Below, in pieces: positions 29,470-42,100 of a stretch of DNA of 64,000 nucleotides. The first letter of the stretch is position 1; each line of letters starts with the position of its first letter. The stretch comes from Octopus sinensis (lineage: Eukaryota), in the NCBI RefSeq assembly GCF_006345805.1, contig NC_043009.1, forward strand, positions 14,508,001 to 14,572,000, given 5' to 3'. The notes beneath the pieces were generated by a model that was given only the letters and a program-made list of their open reading frames with translations, was not told the origin of the DNA and made no database searches. The translations under genes were made by a program, and so were the position numbers.

Positions 29470-29478
29470 ATCTATCTC
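29385..29478. repeat. (ATCT)n / GATA microsatellite (others at about 2826-2862 and 3357-3430)
   Basis: Read directly. Confidence 0.95.
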
Positions 29479-29508
29479 TCTCTCTATATGTATGTGTGTG
29501 TGTATGTA

Positions 29509-29552
<44 letters not shown>

Positions 29553-30471
29553 CATATGTGTGTGTGCGTGTGCGTATACACACTCACTCATACACAGACA
29601 TACATACTTGCATAAATGCATACATCATAGATACAGCATATATATATACGTAATTCTGTTGCGCACACAAACATTTTGTATTGAAAAAAAAACCTCATGT
29701 GTGTTTATACTAAATTATTACATAAATTATTGGCTTACTGATTGAATTTATTAGAAAGTTTATCGAATCCAAATTTCTCTTGTCACCATGAGACGGCAAT
29801 TTTTAAACAAACATTTTATCTTTACTTTTATCTTTCCTGTGGAAATACACTTCAAGAAAAATTTTAGAATATCGGCAAACATATAAATCAATTACCGATA
29901 TCCGAGTTAATGGAATTCTCCAAGCGCACATATATTATTATATATGCATGAATAAGTATATGAGAACATATGTAAATACGTAGGTTTTTGAGGATATGTT
30001 ATTTAAAGATTTGTTCCCAACAGAAGAGCCCGTTTCCGACTCAAAAACCAATGCTGTGTTATTGGAATTAAGACAACATAAATAGAAAGTCAGGGACATA
30101 TGCAAATCATGGATGCAAGCATATGCATATAAGCATGTCATGTCAAAACAGGAGAATTACTTTTATCACATACACATAAACATAAATGTATACGGAGAGA
30201 GAGGGAAAGGGGGGGGGGAGGAAGAGGGAGAGAAAGAGAGCGAGAGTGAGAGAGAGATGTTTGTGAATGTATACAGGGGTACATATGTACATTACAGGTT
30301 AAGCTCCGGGAATATTTTGCTTGTTTTCTTAGATCCATTAATGGATTGCAATTTACATTTCCTATTAACCGTGACTTCTTTGGTTTTCTGAAACGAAGCT
30401 TCTCGAATTTTAGGTGGGACATGCTAGTTACATAACTGACTCGAATATACTCCAATAATATACATACATAC

Positions 30472-30505
<34 letters not shown>

Positions 30506-30521
30506 CTATATATATATATAT

Positions 30522-30597
<76 letters not shown>

Positions 30598-30599
<2 letters not shown>

Positions 30600-33090
30600 A
30601 ATTAAGGACTGAACACGAAAAGTGGACAGTCAACATGCTAGATATAGACGTCAAATCGCCATTCACCACAAAAGATTATGTTCTCAGATCAAACTCAACA
30701 CAAAACCATAGCAATATACAAGTGAAAAATATACGAAATAAAATAATTACCCATGTACTAAATTAGTTTCAGCTGTTATTTTCCGCAAGGAAAACTGCAG
30801 CCATCATCAGCATGGTCCGTTATAAATGTAATTTGATGGACTAGATGCAAACACGATACCGAAATATCGCGTGCATGGAGTTCAGCCTATTACATTAGAA
30901 TATATCTTTCAAATGCCTTTACTTTGGCGAGTTGGAACCCGAGAAAACTAGCCTGCAGCTAATAATTAGCAGCAGTTAATTTATCGGTTAGAGAACATAT
31001 TTATTTATATAAAATTAATTAAGGGTAGAAATTGATATTTATCAATTAAGACCAGTGGTCTAGCATATTAAAAAAGAATCCGAAGATTAAAATATTTATA
31101 TATACCAATTAAGGACTGAACACGAAAAGTGGACAGTCAACATGCTAGATATAGACGTCAAATCGCCATTCACCACAAAAGATTATGTTCTAAGATCAAA
31201 CTAAACAGAAAACCATAGCAATAAACAATTGAAAAACATACGAAAAAAAATAATTACCCATGTACTAAATTAGTTTCAGCTGTTATTTTCCGCAAGGAAA
31301 ACTGCAGCCATCATCAGCATGGTCCGTTATAAATGTAATTTGATGGACTATATGCAAACACGATACCGAAATATCGCGTGCATGGAGTTCAGCCTATTAC
31401 ATTAGAATATATCTTTCAAATGCCTTTACTTTGGCGCGTTGGAACCCGAGAAAACTAGCCTGCAGCTAATAATTAGCAGCAGTTAATTTATCGGTTAGAG
31501 AACATATTTATTTATATAAAATAATTAAGGGTAGAAATTGATATTTATCAATTAAGACCAGTGGTCTAGCATATTAAAAAAGAATCCGAAGATTAAAATA
31601 TTTATATATACCAATTAAGGACTGAACACGAAAAGTGGACAGTCAACATGCTAGATATAGACGTCAAATCGCCATTCACCACAAAAAATTATGTTCTCAG
31701 ATCAAACTCAACAGAAAACGATAGCAATAAACAAGTGAAAAATATACGAAATAAAATAATTACCCATGTACTAAATTAGTTTCAGCTGTTATTTTCCGCA
31801 AGGAAAACTGCAGCCATCATCAGCATGGTCCGTTATAAATGTAATTTGATGGACTATATGCAAACACGATACCGAAATATCGCGTGCATGGAGTTCAGCC
31901 TATTACATTAGAATATATCTTTCAAATGCCTTTACTTTGGCGCGTTGGAACCCGAGAAAACTAGCCTGCAGCTAATAATTAGCAGCAGTTAATTTATCGG
32001 TTAGAGAACATATTTATTTATATAAAATTAATTAAGGGTAGAAATTGATATTTATCAATTAAGACCAGTGGTCTAGCATATTAAAAAAGAATCCGAAGAT
32101 TAAAATATTTATATATACCAATTAAGGACTGAACACGAAAAGTAGACAGTCAACATGCTAGATATAGACGTCAAATCGCCATTCACCACAAAAGATTATG
32201 TTCAGTCCTTAATTGGTAAATATAAATATTTTAATCTTCGGATTCTTTTTTAATATGTTCTCTAACGGACCATGCTGATGATGGCTGCAGTTTTCCTTGC
32301 GGAAAATAACAGCTGAAACTAATTTAGTACATGGGTAATTATTTTATTTCGTATATTTTTCACTTGTTTATTGCTATGGTTTTCTGTTGAGTTTGATCTG
32401 AGAACATAATCTTTTGTGGTGAATGGCGATTTGACGTCTATATCTAGCATGTTGACTGTCCACTTTTCGTGTTAAGTCCTTAATTGGTATATATAAATAT
32501 TTTAATCTTCGGATTCTTTTTTAATATGATAGACCACTGGTCTTAATTGATAAATATCAATGTCTACCCTTAATTAATTTTATATAAATAAATATGTTCT
32601 CTAACCGATAAATTAACTGCTGCTAATTATTAGATGCAGGCTAGTTTTCTCGGGTTCCAACGCGCCAAAGTAAAGGCATTTGAAAGATATATTCTAATGT
32701 AATAGGCTGAACTCCATGCACGCGATATTTCGGTATCGTGTTTGCATCTAGTCCATCAAATTACATTTATAACGGACCATGCTGATGATGGCTGCAGTTT
32801 TCCTTGCGGAAAATAACAGCTGAAACTAATTTAGTACATGGGTAATTATTTTATTTCGTATATTTTTCACTTGTTTATTGCTATGGTTCTCTGTTGAGTT
32901 TGATCTGAAAACATAATATTTTGTGGTGAATGGCGATTTGACGTCTATATCTAGCATGTTGACTGTCCACTTTTCGTGTTCAGTCCTTAATTGGTAAATA
33001 TAAATATTTTAATCTTCGGATTCTTTCTTAATATGCTAGACCACTGGTCTTAATTGATAAATATCAATTTCTACCCTTAATTAATTATAT
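30598..33090. repeat. Tandem array of ~507-bp HHR-bearing units with an internal inversion near 32198-32202
   Basis: Unit starts CCAATTAAGGAC at 30598, 31105, 31611 and 32118; reverse-complement copies follow to ~33090; (TA)n at both ends. Confidence 0.95.
32270..32334 (+). ncRNA. Type I hammerhead ribozyme of the 507-bp unit (GUA triplet, cut after 32329); other copies at 32777-32841 (+) and 30751-30815, 31258-31322, 31764-31828 (-)
   Basis: CCAUG-CUGAUGA-U-GGCUG..UUUUCC(UUGC)GGAAAA..CAGCU-GAAA-CUAAUUUAG-UA^CAUGG. Confidence 0.85.
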
Positions 33091-33127
<37 letters not shown>

Positions 33128-33128
<1 letters not shown>

Positions 33129-36100
33129 GCAATTAAGGACAACTACTTAATAAGGAAAACTTAACAAGAAATTGTCAGGTAGATAGCGTGAAAACCTCAT
33201 AAGAGAAAAATTTCGAAAATAATTATTTCTTATTGAACATATTAATTTATATATAGAGGGCATTATACATACATGCAATTTTTCAAAGTAAGACATTTAA
33301 AAAATATAGACCTGTATCACAGTGATTTCATACTTACGTATTCATCAGCAGGCCTGAATGTATCATAAATAAACGACCCTGTCCCGCTTAAGCCGATCAG
33401 CTAACTGATAAACATCAACGAAGCACATGGGTGAGTTTACATATATTACATCCTGTAAATGGCATACTTTTACGAATTGCATTTCGGGAAAGGAAAAGTT
33501 TTTTCGGAATAAAAATTTAGCAATTAAGGACAACTACTTAATAAGGAAAACTTAACAAGAAATTGTCAGGTAGATAGCGTGAAAACCTCATAAGAGAAAA
33601 AATTTCGAAAATAATTATTTCTTATTGAACATATTAATTTATATATAGAGGGCATTATACATACATGCCAGAGGGCATTATACATACATGCGACACGCTA
33701 AGAGGGACAATTAGTCATTTCTACCAAAAATATTACTAATCCCACCGAATGCAATTTTTCAAAGTAAGACATTAAAATATATAGACCTGTATCACAGTGA
33801 TTTCATACTTACGTATTCATCAGCAGGCCTGAATGTATCATAATAAACGACCCTGTCCCGCTTAAGCCGATCAGCTAACTGATCAACATCAACGAAGCAC
33901 ATGGGTGAGTTTACATATATAACATACTCCTGTAAATGGCATACTTTTACGAATTGCATTTCGGGAAGGAAAAGTTTTTTCGGAATAAAAATTTAGCAAT
34001 TAAGGACAACTACTTAATAAGGAAAACTTAACAAGAAATTGTCAGGTAGATAGCGTAAAACCTCATAAGAGAAAAAATTTCGAAAATAATTATTTGTTAT
34101 TGAACATATTAATTTATATATAGAGGGCATTATACATACATGCCAGAGGGCATTATACATACATGCCACACGCTAAGAGGGACAATTAGTCATTTCTACC
34201 AAAAATATTACTAATCCCACCGAATGCAATTTTTCAAAGTAAGACATTTAAAAAATATAGACCTGTATCACAGTGATTTCATACTTACGTATTCATCAGC
34301 AGGCCTGAATGTATCATAAATAAACGACCCTGTCCCGCTTAAGCCGATCAGCTAACTGATCAACATCAACGAAGCACATGGGTGAGTTTACATATATTAC
34401 ATCCTGTAAATGGCATACTTTTACGAATTGCATTTCGGGAAAGGAAAAGTTTTTTCGGAATAAAAATTTAGCAATTAAGGACAACTACTTAATAAGGAAA
34501 ACTTAACAAGAAATTGTCAGGTAGATAGCGTGAAAACCTCATAAGAGAAAAAATTTCGAAAATAATTATTTCTTATTGAACATATTAATTTATATATAGA
34601 GGGCATTATACATACATGCCAGAGGGCATTATACATACATGCCACACGCTAAGAGGGACAATTAGTCATTTCTACCAAAAATATTACTAATCCCACCGAA
34701 TGCAATTTTTCAAAGTAAGACATTTAAAAATATAGACCTGTATCACAGTGATTTCATACTTACGTATTCATCAGCAGGCCTGAATGTATCATAAATAAAC
34801 GACCCTGTCCCGCTTAAGCCGATCAGCTAACTGATCAACATCAACGAAGCACATGGGTGAGTTTACATATATTACATCCTGTAAATGGCATACTTTTACG
34901 AATTGCATTTCGGGAAAGGAAAAGTTTTTTCGGAATAAAAATTTAGCAATTAAGGACAACTACTTAATAAGGAAAACTTAACAAGAAATTGTCAGGTAGA
35001 TAGCGTGAAAACCTCATAAGAGAAAATATTTCGAAAATAATTATTTCTTATTGAACATATTAATTTATATAGAGGGCATTATACATACATGCCAGAGGGC
35101 ATTATACATACATGCGACACGCTAAGAGGGACAATTAGTCATTTCTACCAAAAATATTACTAATCCCACCGAATGCAATTTTTCAAAGTAAGACATTTAA
35201 AAAATATAGACCTGTATCACAGTGATTTCATACTTACGTATTCATCAGCAGGCCTGAATGTATCATAAATAAACGACCCTGTCCCGCTTAAGCCGATCAG
35301 CTAACTGATCAACATCAACGAAGCACATGGGTGAGTTTACATATATTACATCCTGTAAATGGCATACTTTTACGAATTGCATTTCGGGAAAGGAAAGTTT
35401 TTTCGGAATAAAAATTTAGCAATTAAGGACAACTACTTAATAAGGAAAACTTAACAAGAAATTGTCAGTTAGATAGCGTGAAAACCTCATAAGAGAAAAA
35501 ATTTCGAAAATAATTATTTGTTATTGAACATATTAATTTATATATAGAGGGCATTATACATACATGCCAGAGGGCATTATACATACATGCCACACGCTAA
35601 GAGGGACAATTAGTCATTTCTACCAAAAATATTACTAATCCCACCGAATGCAATTTTTCAAAGTAAGACATTTAAAAAATATAGACCTGTATCACAGTGA
35701 TTTCATACTTACGTATTCATCAGCAGGCCTGAATGTATCATAAATAAACGACCCTGTCCCGCTTAAGCCGATCAGCTAACTGATCAACATCAACGAAGCA
35801 CATGGGTGAGTTTACATATATTACATCCTGTAAATGGCATACTTTTACGAATTGCATTTCGGGAAAGGAAAAGTTTTTTCGGAATAAAAATTTAGCAATT
35901 AAGGACAACTACTTAATAAGGAAAACTTAACAAGAAATTGTCAGGTAGATAGCGTGAAAACCTCATAAGAGAAAAAATTTCGAAAATAATTATTTCTTAT
36001 TGAACATATTAATTTATATATAGAGGGCATTATACATACATGCCAGAGGGCATTATACATACATGCCACACGCTAAGAGGGACAATTAGTCATTTCTACC

Positions 36101-39100
36101 AAAAATATTACTAATCCCACCGAATGCAATTTTTCAAAGTAAGACATTTAAAAAATATAGACCTGTATCACAGTGATTTCATACTTACGTATTCATCAGC
36201 AGGCCTGAATGTATCATAAATAAACGACCCTGTCCCGCTTAAGCCGATCAGCTAACTGATCAACATCAACGAAGCACATGGGTGAGTTTACATATATTAC
36301 ATCCTGTAAATGGCATACTTTTACGAATTGCATTTCGGGAAAGGAAAAGTTTTTTCGGAATAAACATTTAGCAATTCAGGACAACTACTTAATAAGGAAA
36401 ACTTAACAAGAAATTGTCAGGTAGATAGCGTGAAAACCTCATAAGAGAAATAAATTCGAAAATAATTATTTCTTATTGAACATATTAATTTATATATAGA
36501 GGGCATTATACATACATGCCAGAGGGCATTATACATACATGCCACACGCTAAGAGGGACAATTAGTCATTTCTACCAAAAATATTACTAATCCCACCGAA
36601 TGCAATTTTTCAAAGTAAGACATTTAAAAAATATAGACCTGTATCACAGTGATTTCATACTTACGTATTCATCAGCAGGCCTGAATGTATCATAAATAAA
36701 CGCCCCTGTCCCGCTTAAGCCGATCAGCTAACTGATCAACATCAACGAAGCACATGGGTGAGTTTACATATATTACATCCTGTAAATGGCATACTTTTAC
36801 GAATTGCATTTCGGGAAGGAAAAGTTTTTTCGGAATAAAAATTTAGCAATTAAGGACAACTACTTAATAAGGAAAACTTAACAAGAAATTGTCAGGTAGA
36901 TAGCGTGAAAACCTCATAAGAGAAAAAATTTCGAAAATAATTATTTCTTATTGAATATATTAATTTATATATAGAGGGCATTATACATACATGCCAGGGC
37001 ATTATACATACATGCGACACGCTAAGAGGGACAATTAGTCATTTCTACCAAAAATATTACTAATCCCACCGAATACAATTTTTCAAAGTAAGACATTTAA
37101 AAAATATAGACCTGTATCACAGTGATTTCATACTTAAGTATTCATCAGCAGGCCTGAATGTATCATAAATAAACGACCCTGTCGCTTAAGCCGATCAGCT
37201 AACTGATCACATCAACGAAGCACATGGGTGAGTTTACATATATTACATCCTGTAAATGGAACTTTTACGAATTGCATTCGGGAAAGGAAAAGTTTTTTCG
37301 GAATAAACATTTAGCAATTAAGGACAACTACTTAATAAGGAAAACTTAACAAGAAATTGTCAGGTAGATAGCGTGTGAAAACCTCATAAGAGAAAAAATT
37401 TCGAAAATAATTATTTCTTATTGAACATATTAATTTATATATAGAGGGCATTATACATACATGCCAGAGGGCATTATACATACATGCGACACGCTAAGAG
37501 GGACAATTAGTCATTTCTACCAAAAATATTACTAATCCCACCGAATGCAATTTTTCAAAGTAAGACATTTAAAAAATATAGACCTGTATCACAGTGATTT
37601 CATACTTACGTATTCATCAGCAGGCCTGAATGTATCATAAATAAACGACCCTGTCCCGCTTAAGCCGATCAGCTAACTGATCAACGTCAACGAATCACAT
37701 GGGTGAGTTTACATATATTACATCCTGTAAATGGCATACTTTTACGAATTGCATTTCGGGAAAGGAAAAGTTTTTTCGGAATAAACATTTAGCAATTAAG
37801 GACAACTACTTAATAAGGAAAACTTAACAAGAAATTGTCAGGTAGATAGCGTGAAAACCTCATAAGAGAAAAAATTTCGAAAATAATTATTTCTTATTGA
37901 ACATATTAATTTATATATAGAGGGCATTATACATACATGCCAGAGGGCATTATACATACATGCCACACGCTAAGAGGGACAATTAGTCATTTCTACCAAA
38001 AATATTACTAATCCCACCGAATGCAATTTTTCAAAGTAAGACATTTAAAAAATATAGACCTGTATCACAGTGATTTCATACTTACGTATTCATCAGCAGC
38101 CTGAATGTATCATAAATAACGCCCCTGTCCCGCTTAAGCCGATCAGCTAACTGATCAACATCAACGAAGCACATGGGTGAGTTTACATATATTACATCCT
38201 GTAAATGGCATACTTTTACGAATTGCATTTCGGGAAGGAAAAGTTTTTTCGGAATAACATTTAGCAATTAAGGACAACTACTTAATAAGGAAAACTTAAC
38301 AAGAATTGTCAGGTAGATAGCGTGAAAACCTCATAAGAGAAAAAATTTCGAAAATAATTATTTCTTATTGAACATATTAATTTATATATAGAGGGCATTA
38401 TACATACATGCCAGAGGGCATTATACATACATGCCACACGCTAAGAGGGACAATTAGTCATTTCTACCAAAAATATTACTAATCCCACCGAATGCAATTT
38501 TTCAAAGTAAGACATTTAAAAAATATAGACCTGTATCACAGTGATTTCATACTTACGTATTCATCAGCAGGCCTGAATGTATCATAAATAAACGACCCTG
38601 TCCGCTTAAGCCGATCAGCTAACTGATCAACATCAACGAAGCACATGGGTGAGTTTACATATATTACATCCTGTAAATGGCATACTTTTACGAATTGCAT
38701 TTCGGAAAGGAAAAGTTTTTTCGGAATAAAAATTTAGCAATTAAGGACAACTACTTAATAAGGAAAACTTAACAAGAAATTGTCAGGTAGATAGCGTGAA
38801 AACCTCATAAGAGAAAACATTTCGAAAATAATTATTTCTTATTGAACATATTAATTTATATATAGAGGGCATTATACATACATGCCATACGCTAAGAGGG
38901 ACAATTAGTCATTTCTACCAAAAATATTACTAATCCCACCGAATGCAATTTTTCAAAGTAAGACATTTAAAAAATATAGACCTGTATCACAGTGATTTCA
39001 TACTTACGTATTCATCAGCAGGCCTGAATGTATCATAAATAAACGACCCTGTCCCGCTTAAGCCGATCAGCTAACTGATCAACATCAACGAATCACATGG

Positions 39101-42100
39101 GTGAGTTTACATATATTACATCCTGTAAATGGCATACTTTTACGAATTGCATTTCGGGAAAGGAAAAGTTTTTTCGGAATAAAAATTTAGCAATTAAGGA
39201 CAACTACTTAATAAGGAAAACTTAACAAGAAATTGTCAGGTAGATAGCGTAAAAACCTCATAAGAGAAAAAATTTCGAAAATAATTATTTCTTATTGAAC
39301 ATATTAATTTATATATAGAGGGCATTATACATACATGCCAGAGGGCATTATACATACATGCCACCGCTAAGAGGGACAATTAGTCATTTCTACCAAAAAT
39401 ATTACTAATCCCACCGAATGCAATTTTTCAAAGTAAGACATTTAAAAAATATAGACCTGTATCACAGTGATTTCATACTTACGTATTCATCAGCAGGCCT
39501 GAATGTATCATAAATAAACGACCCTGTCCCGCTTAAGCCGATCAGCTAACTGATCAACATCAACGAAGCACATGGGTGAGTTTACATATATTACATCCTG
39601 TAAATGGCATACTTTTACGAATTGCATTTCGGGAAGGAAAAGTTTTTTCGGAATAACATTTAGCAATTAAGGACAACTACTTAATAAGGAAAACTTAACA
39701 AGAAATTGTCAGGTAGATAGCGTGAAAACCTCATAAGAGAAAAAATTTCGAAAATAATTATTTCTTATTGAACATATTAATTTATATATAGAGGGCATTA
39801 TACATACATGCCAGAGGGCATTATACATACATGCCACACGCTAAGAGGGACAATTAGTCATTTCTACCAAAAATATTACTAATCCCACCGAATGCAATTT
39901 TTCAAAGTAAGACATTTAAAAAATATAGACCTGTATCACAGTGATTTCATACTTACGTATTCATCAGCAGGCCTGAATGTATCATAAATAAACGACCCTG
40001 TCCCGCTTAAGCCGATCAGCTAACTGATCAACATCAACGAAGCACATGGGTGAGTTTACATATATTACATCCTGTAAATGGCATACTTTTACGAATTGCA
40101 TTTCGGAAAGGAAAAGTTTTTTCGGAATAAACATTTAGCAATTAAGGACAACTACTTAATAAGGAAAACTTAACAAGAAATTGTCAGGTAGATAGCGTGA
40201 AAACCTCATAAGAGAAAAAATTCGAAAATAATTATTTCTTATTGAACATATTAATTTATATATAGAGGGCATTATACATACATGCCAGAGGCATTATACA
40301 TACATGCCACACGCTAAGAGGGACAATAGTCATTTCTACCAAAAATATTACTAATCCCACCGAATGCAATTTTTCAAAGTAAGACATTTAAAAAATATAG
40401 ACCTGTATCACAGTGATTTCATTCTTACGTATTCATCAGCAGGCCTGAATGTATCATAAATAAACGACCCTGCCGCTTAAGCCGATCAGCTAACTGATCA
40501 ACATCAACGAAGCACATGGGTGAGTTACATATATTACATCCTGTAAATGGCATAACTTTTACGAATTGCATTTCGGGAAAGGAAAAGTTTTTTCGGAATA
40601 AACATTTAGCAATTAAGGACAACTACTTAATAAGGAAAACTTAACAAGAAATTGTCAGGTAGATAGCGTGAAAACCTCATAAGAGAAAAAATTTCGAAAA
40701 TAATTATTTCTTATTGAACATATTAATTTATATATAGAGGGCATTATACATACATGCCAGAGGGCATTATACATACATGCCACACGCTAAGAGGGACAAT
40801 TAGTCATTTCTACCAAAAATATTACTAATCCCACCGAATGCAATTTTTCAAAGTAGACATTTAAAAAATATAGACCTGTATCACAGTGATTTCATACTAC
40901 GTATTCATCAGCAGGCCTGAATGTATCATAAATAAACGACCCTGTCCCGCTTAAGCCGATCAGCTAACTGATCAACATCAACGAAGCACATGGGTGAGTT
41001 TACATATATTACATCCTGTCAATGGCATACTTTTACGAATTGCATTTCGGGAAAGGAAAAGTTTTTTCGGAATAAACATTTAGCAATTAAGGACAACTAC
41101 TTAATAAGGAAAACTTAACAAGAAATTGTCAGGTAGATAGCGTGAAAACCTCATAAGAGAAAATTTTCGAAAATAATTATTTCTTATTGAACATATTAAT
41201 TTATATATAGAGGGCATTATACATACATGCCAGAGGGCATTATACATACATGCCACACGCTAAGAGGGACAATAGTCATTTCTACCAAAAATATTACTAA
41301 TCCCACCGAATGCAATTTTTCAAAGTAAGACATTTAAAAAATATAGACCTGTATCACAGTGATTTCATACTTACGTATTCATCAGCAGGCCTGAATGTAT
41401 CATAAATAAAAACGACCTGTCCCGCTTAAGCCGATCAGCTAACTGATCAACATCAACGAAGCACATGGGTGAGTTTACATATATTACATCCTGTAAATGG
41501 CATACTTTTACGAATTGCATTTCGGGAAAGGAAAAGTTTTTTTCGGAATAAAAATTTAGCAATTAAGGACAACTACTTAATAAGGAAAACTTAACAAGAA
41601 ATTGTCAGGTAGATAGCGTGAAAACCTCATAAGAGAAAAAATTTCGAAAATAATTATTTCTTATTGAACATATTAATTTATATATAGAGGGCATTATACA
41701 TACATGCCAGAGGGCATTATAGATACATGCCATACGCTAAGAGGGACAATTAGTCATTTCTACCAAAAATATTACTAATCCCACCGAATGCAATTTTTCA
41801 AAGTAAGACATTTAAAAAATATAGACCTGTATCACAGTGATTTCATACTTACGTATTAATCAGCAGGCCTGAATGTATCATAAATAAACGACCCTGTCCC
41901 GCTTAAGCCGATCAGCTAACTGATCAACATCAACGAATCACATGGGTGAGTTTACATATATTACATCCTGTAAATGGCATACTTTTACGAATTGCATTTC
42001 GGGAAAGGAAAAGCTTTTTCGGAATAAACATTTAGCAATTAAGGACAACTACTTAATAAGGAAAACTTAACAAGAAATTGTCAGGTAGATAGCGTGAAAA

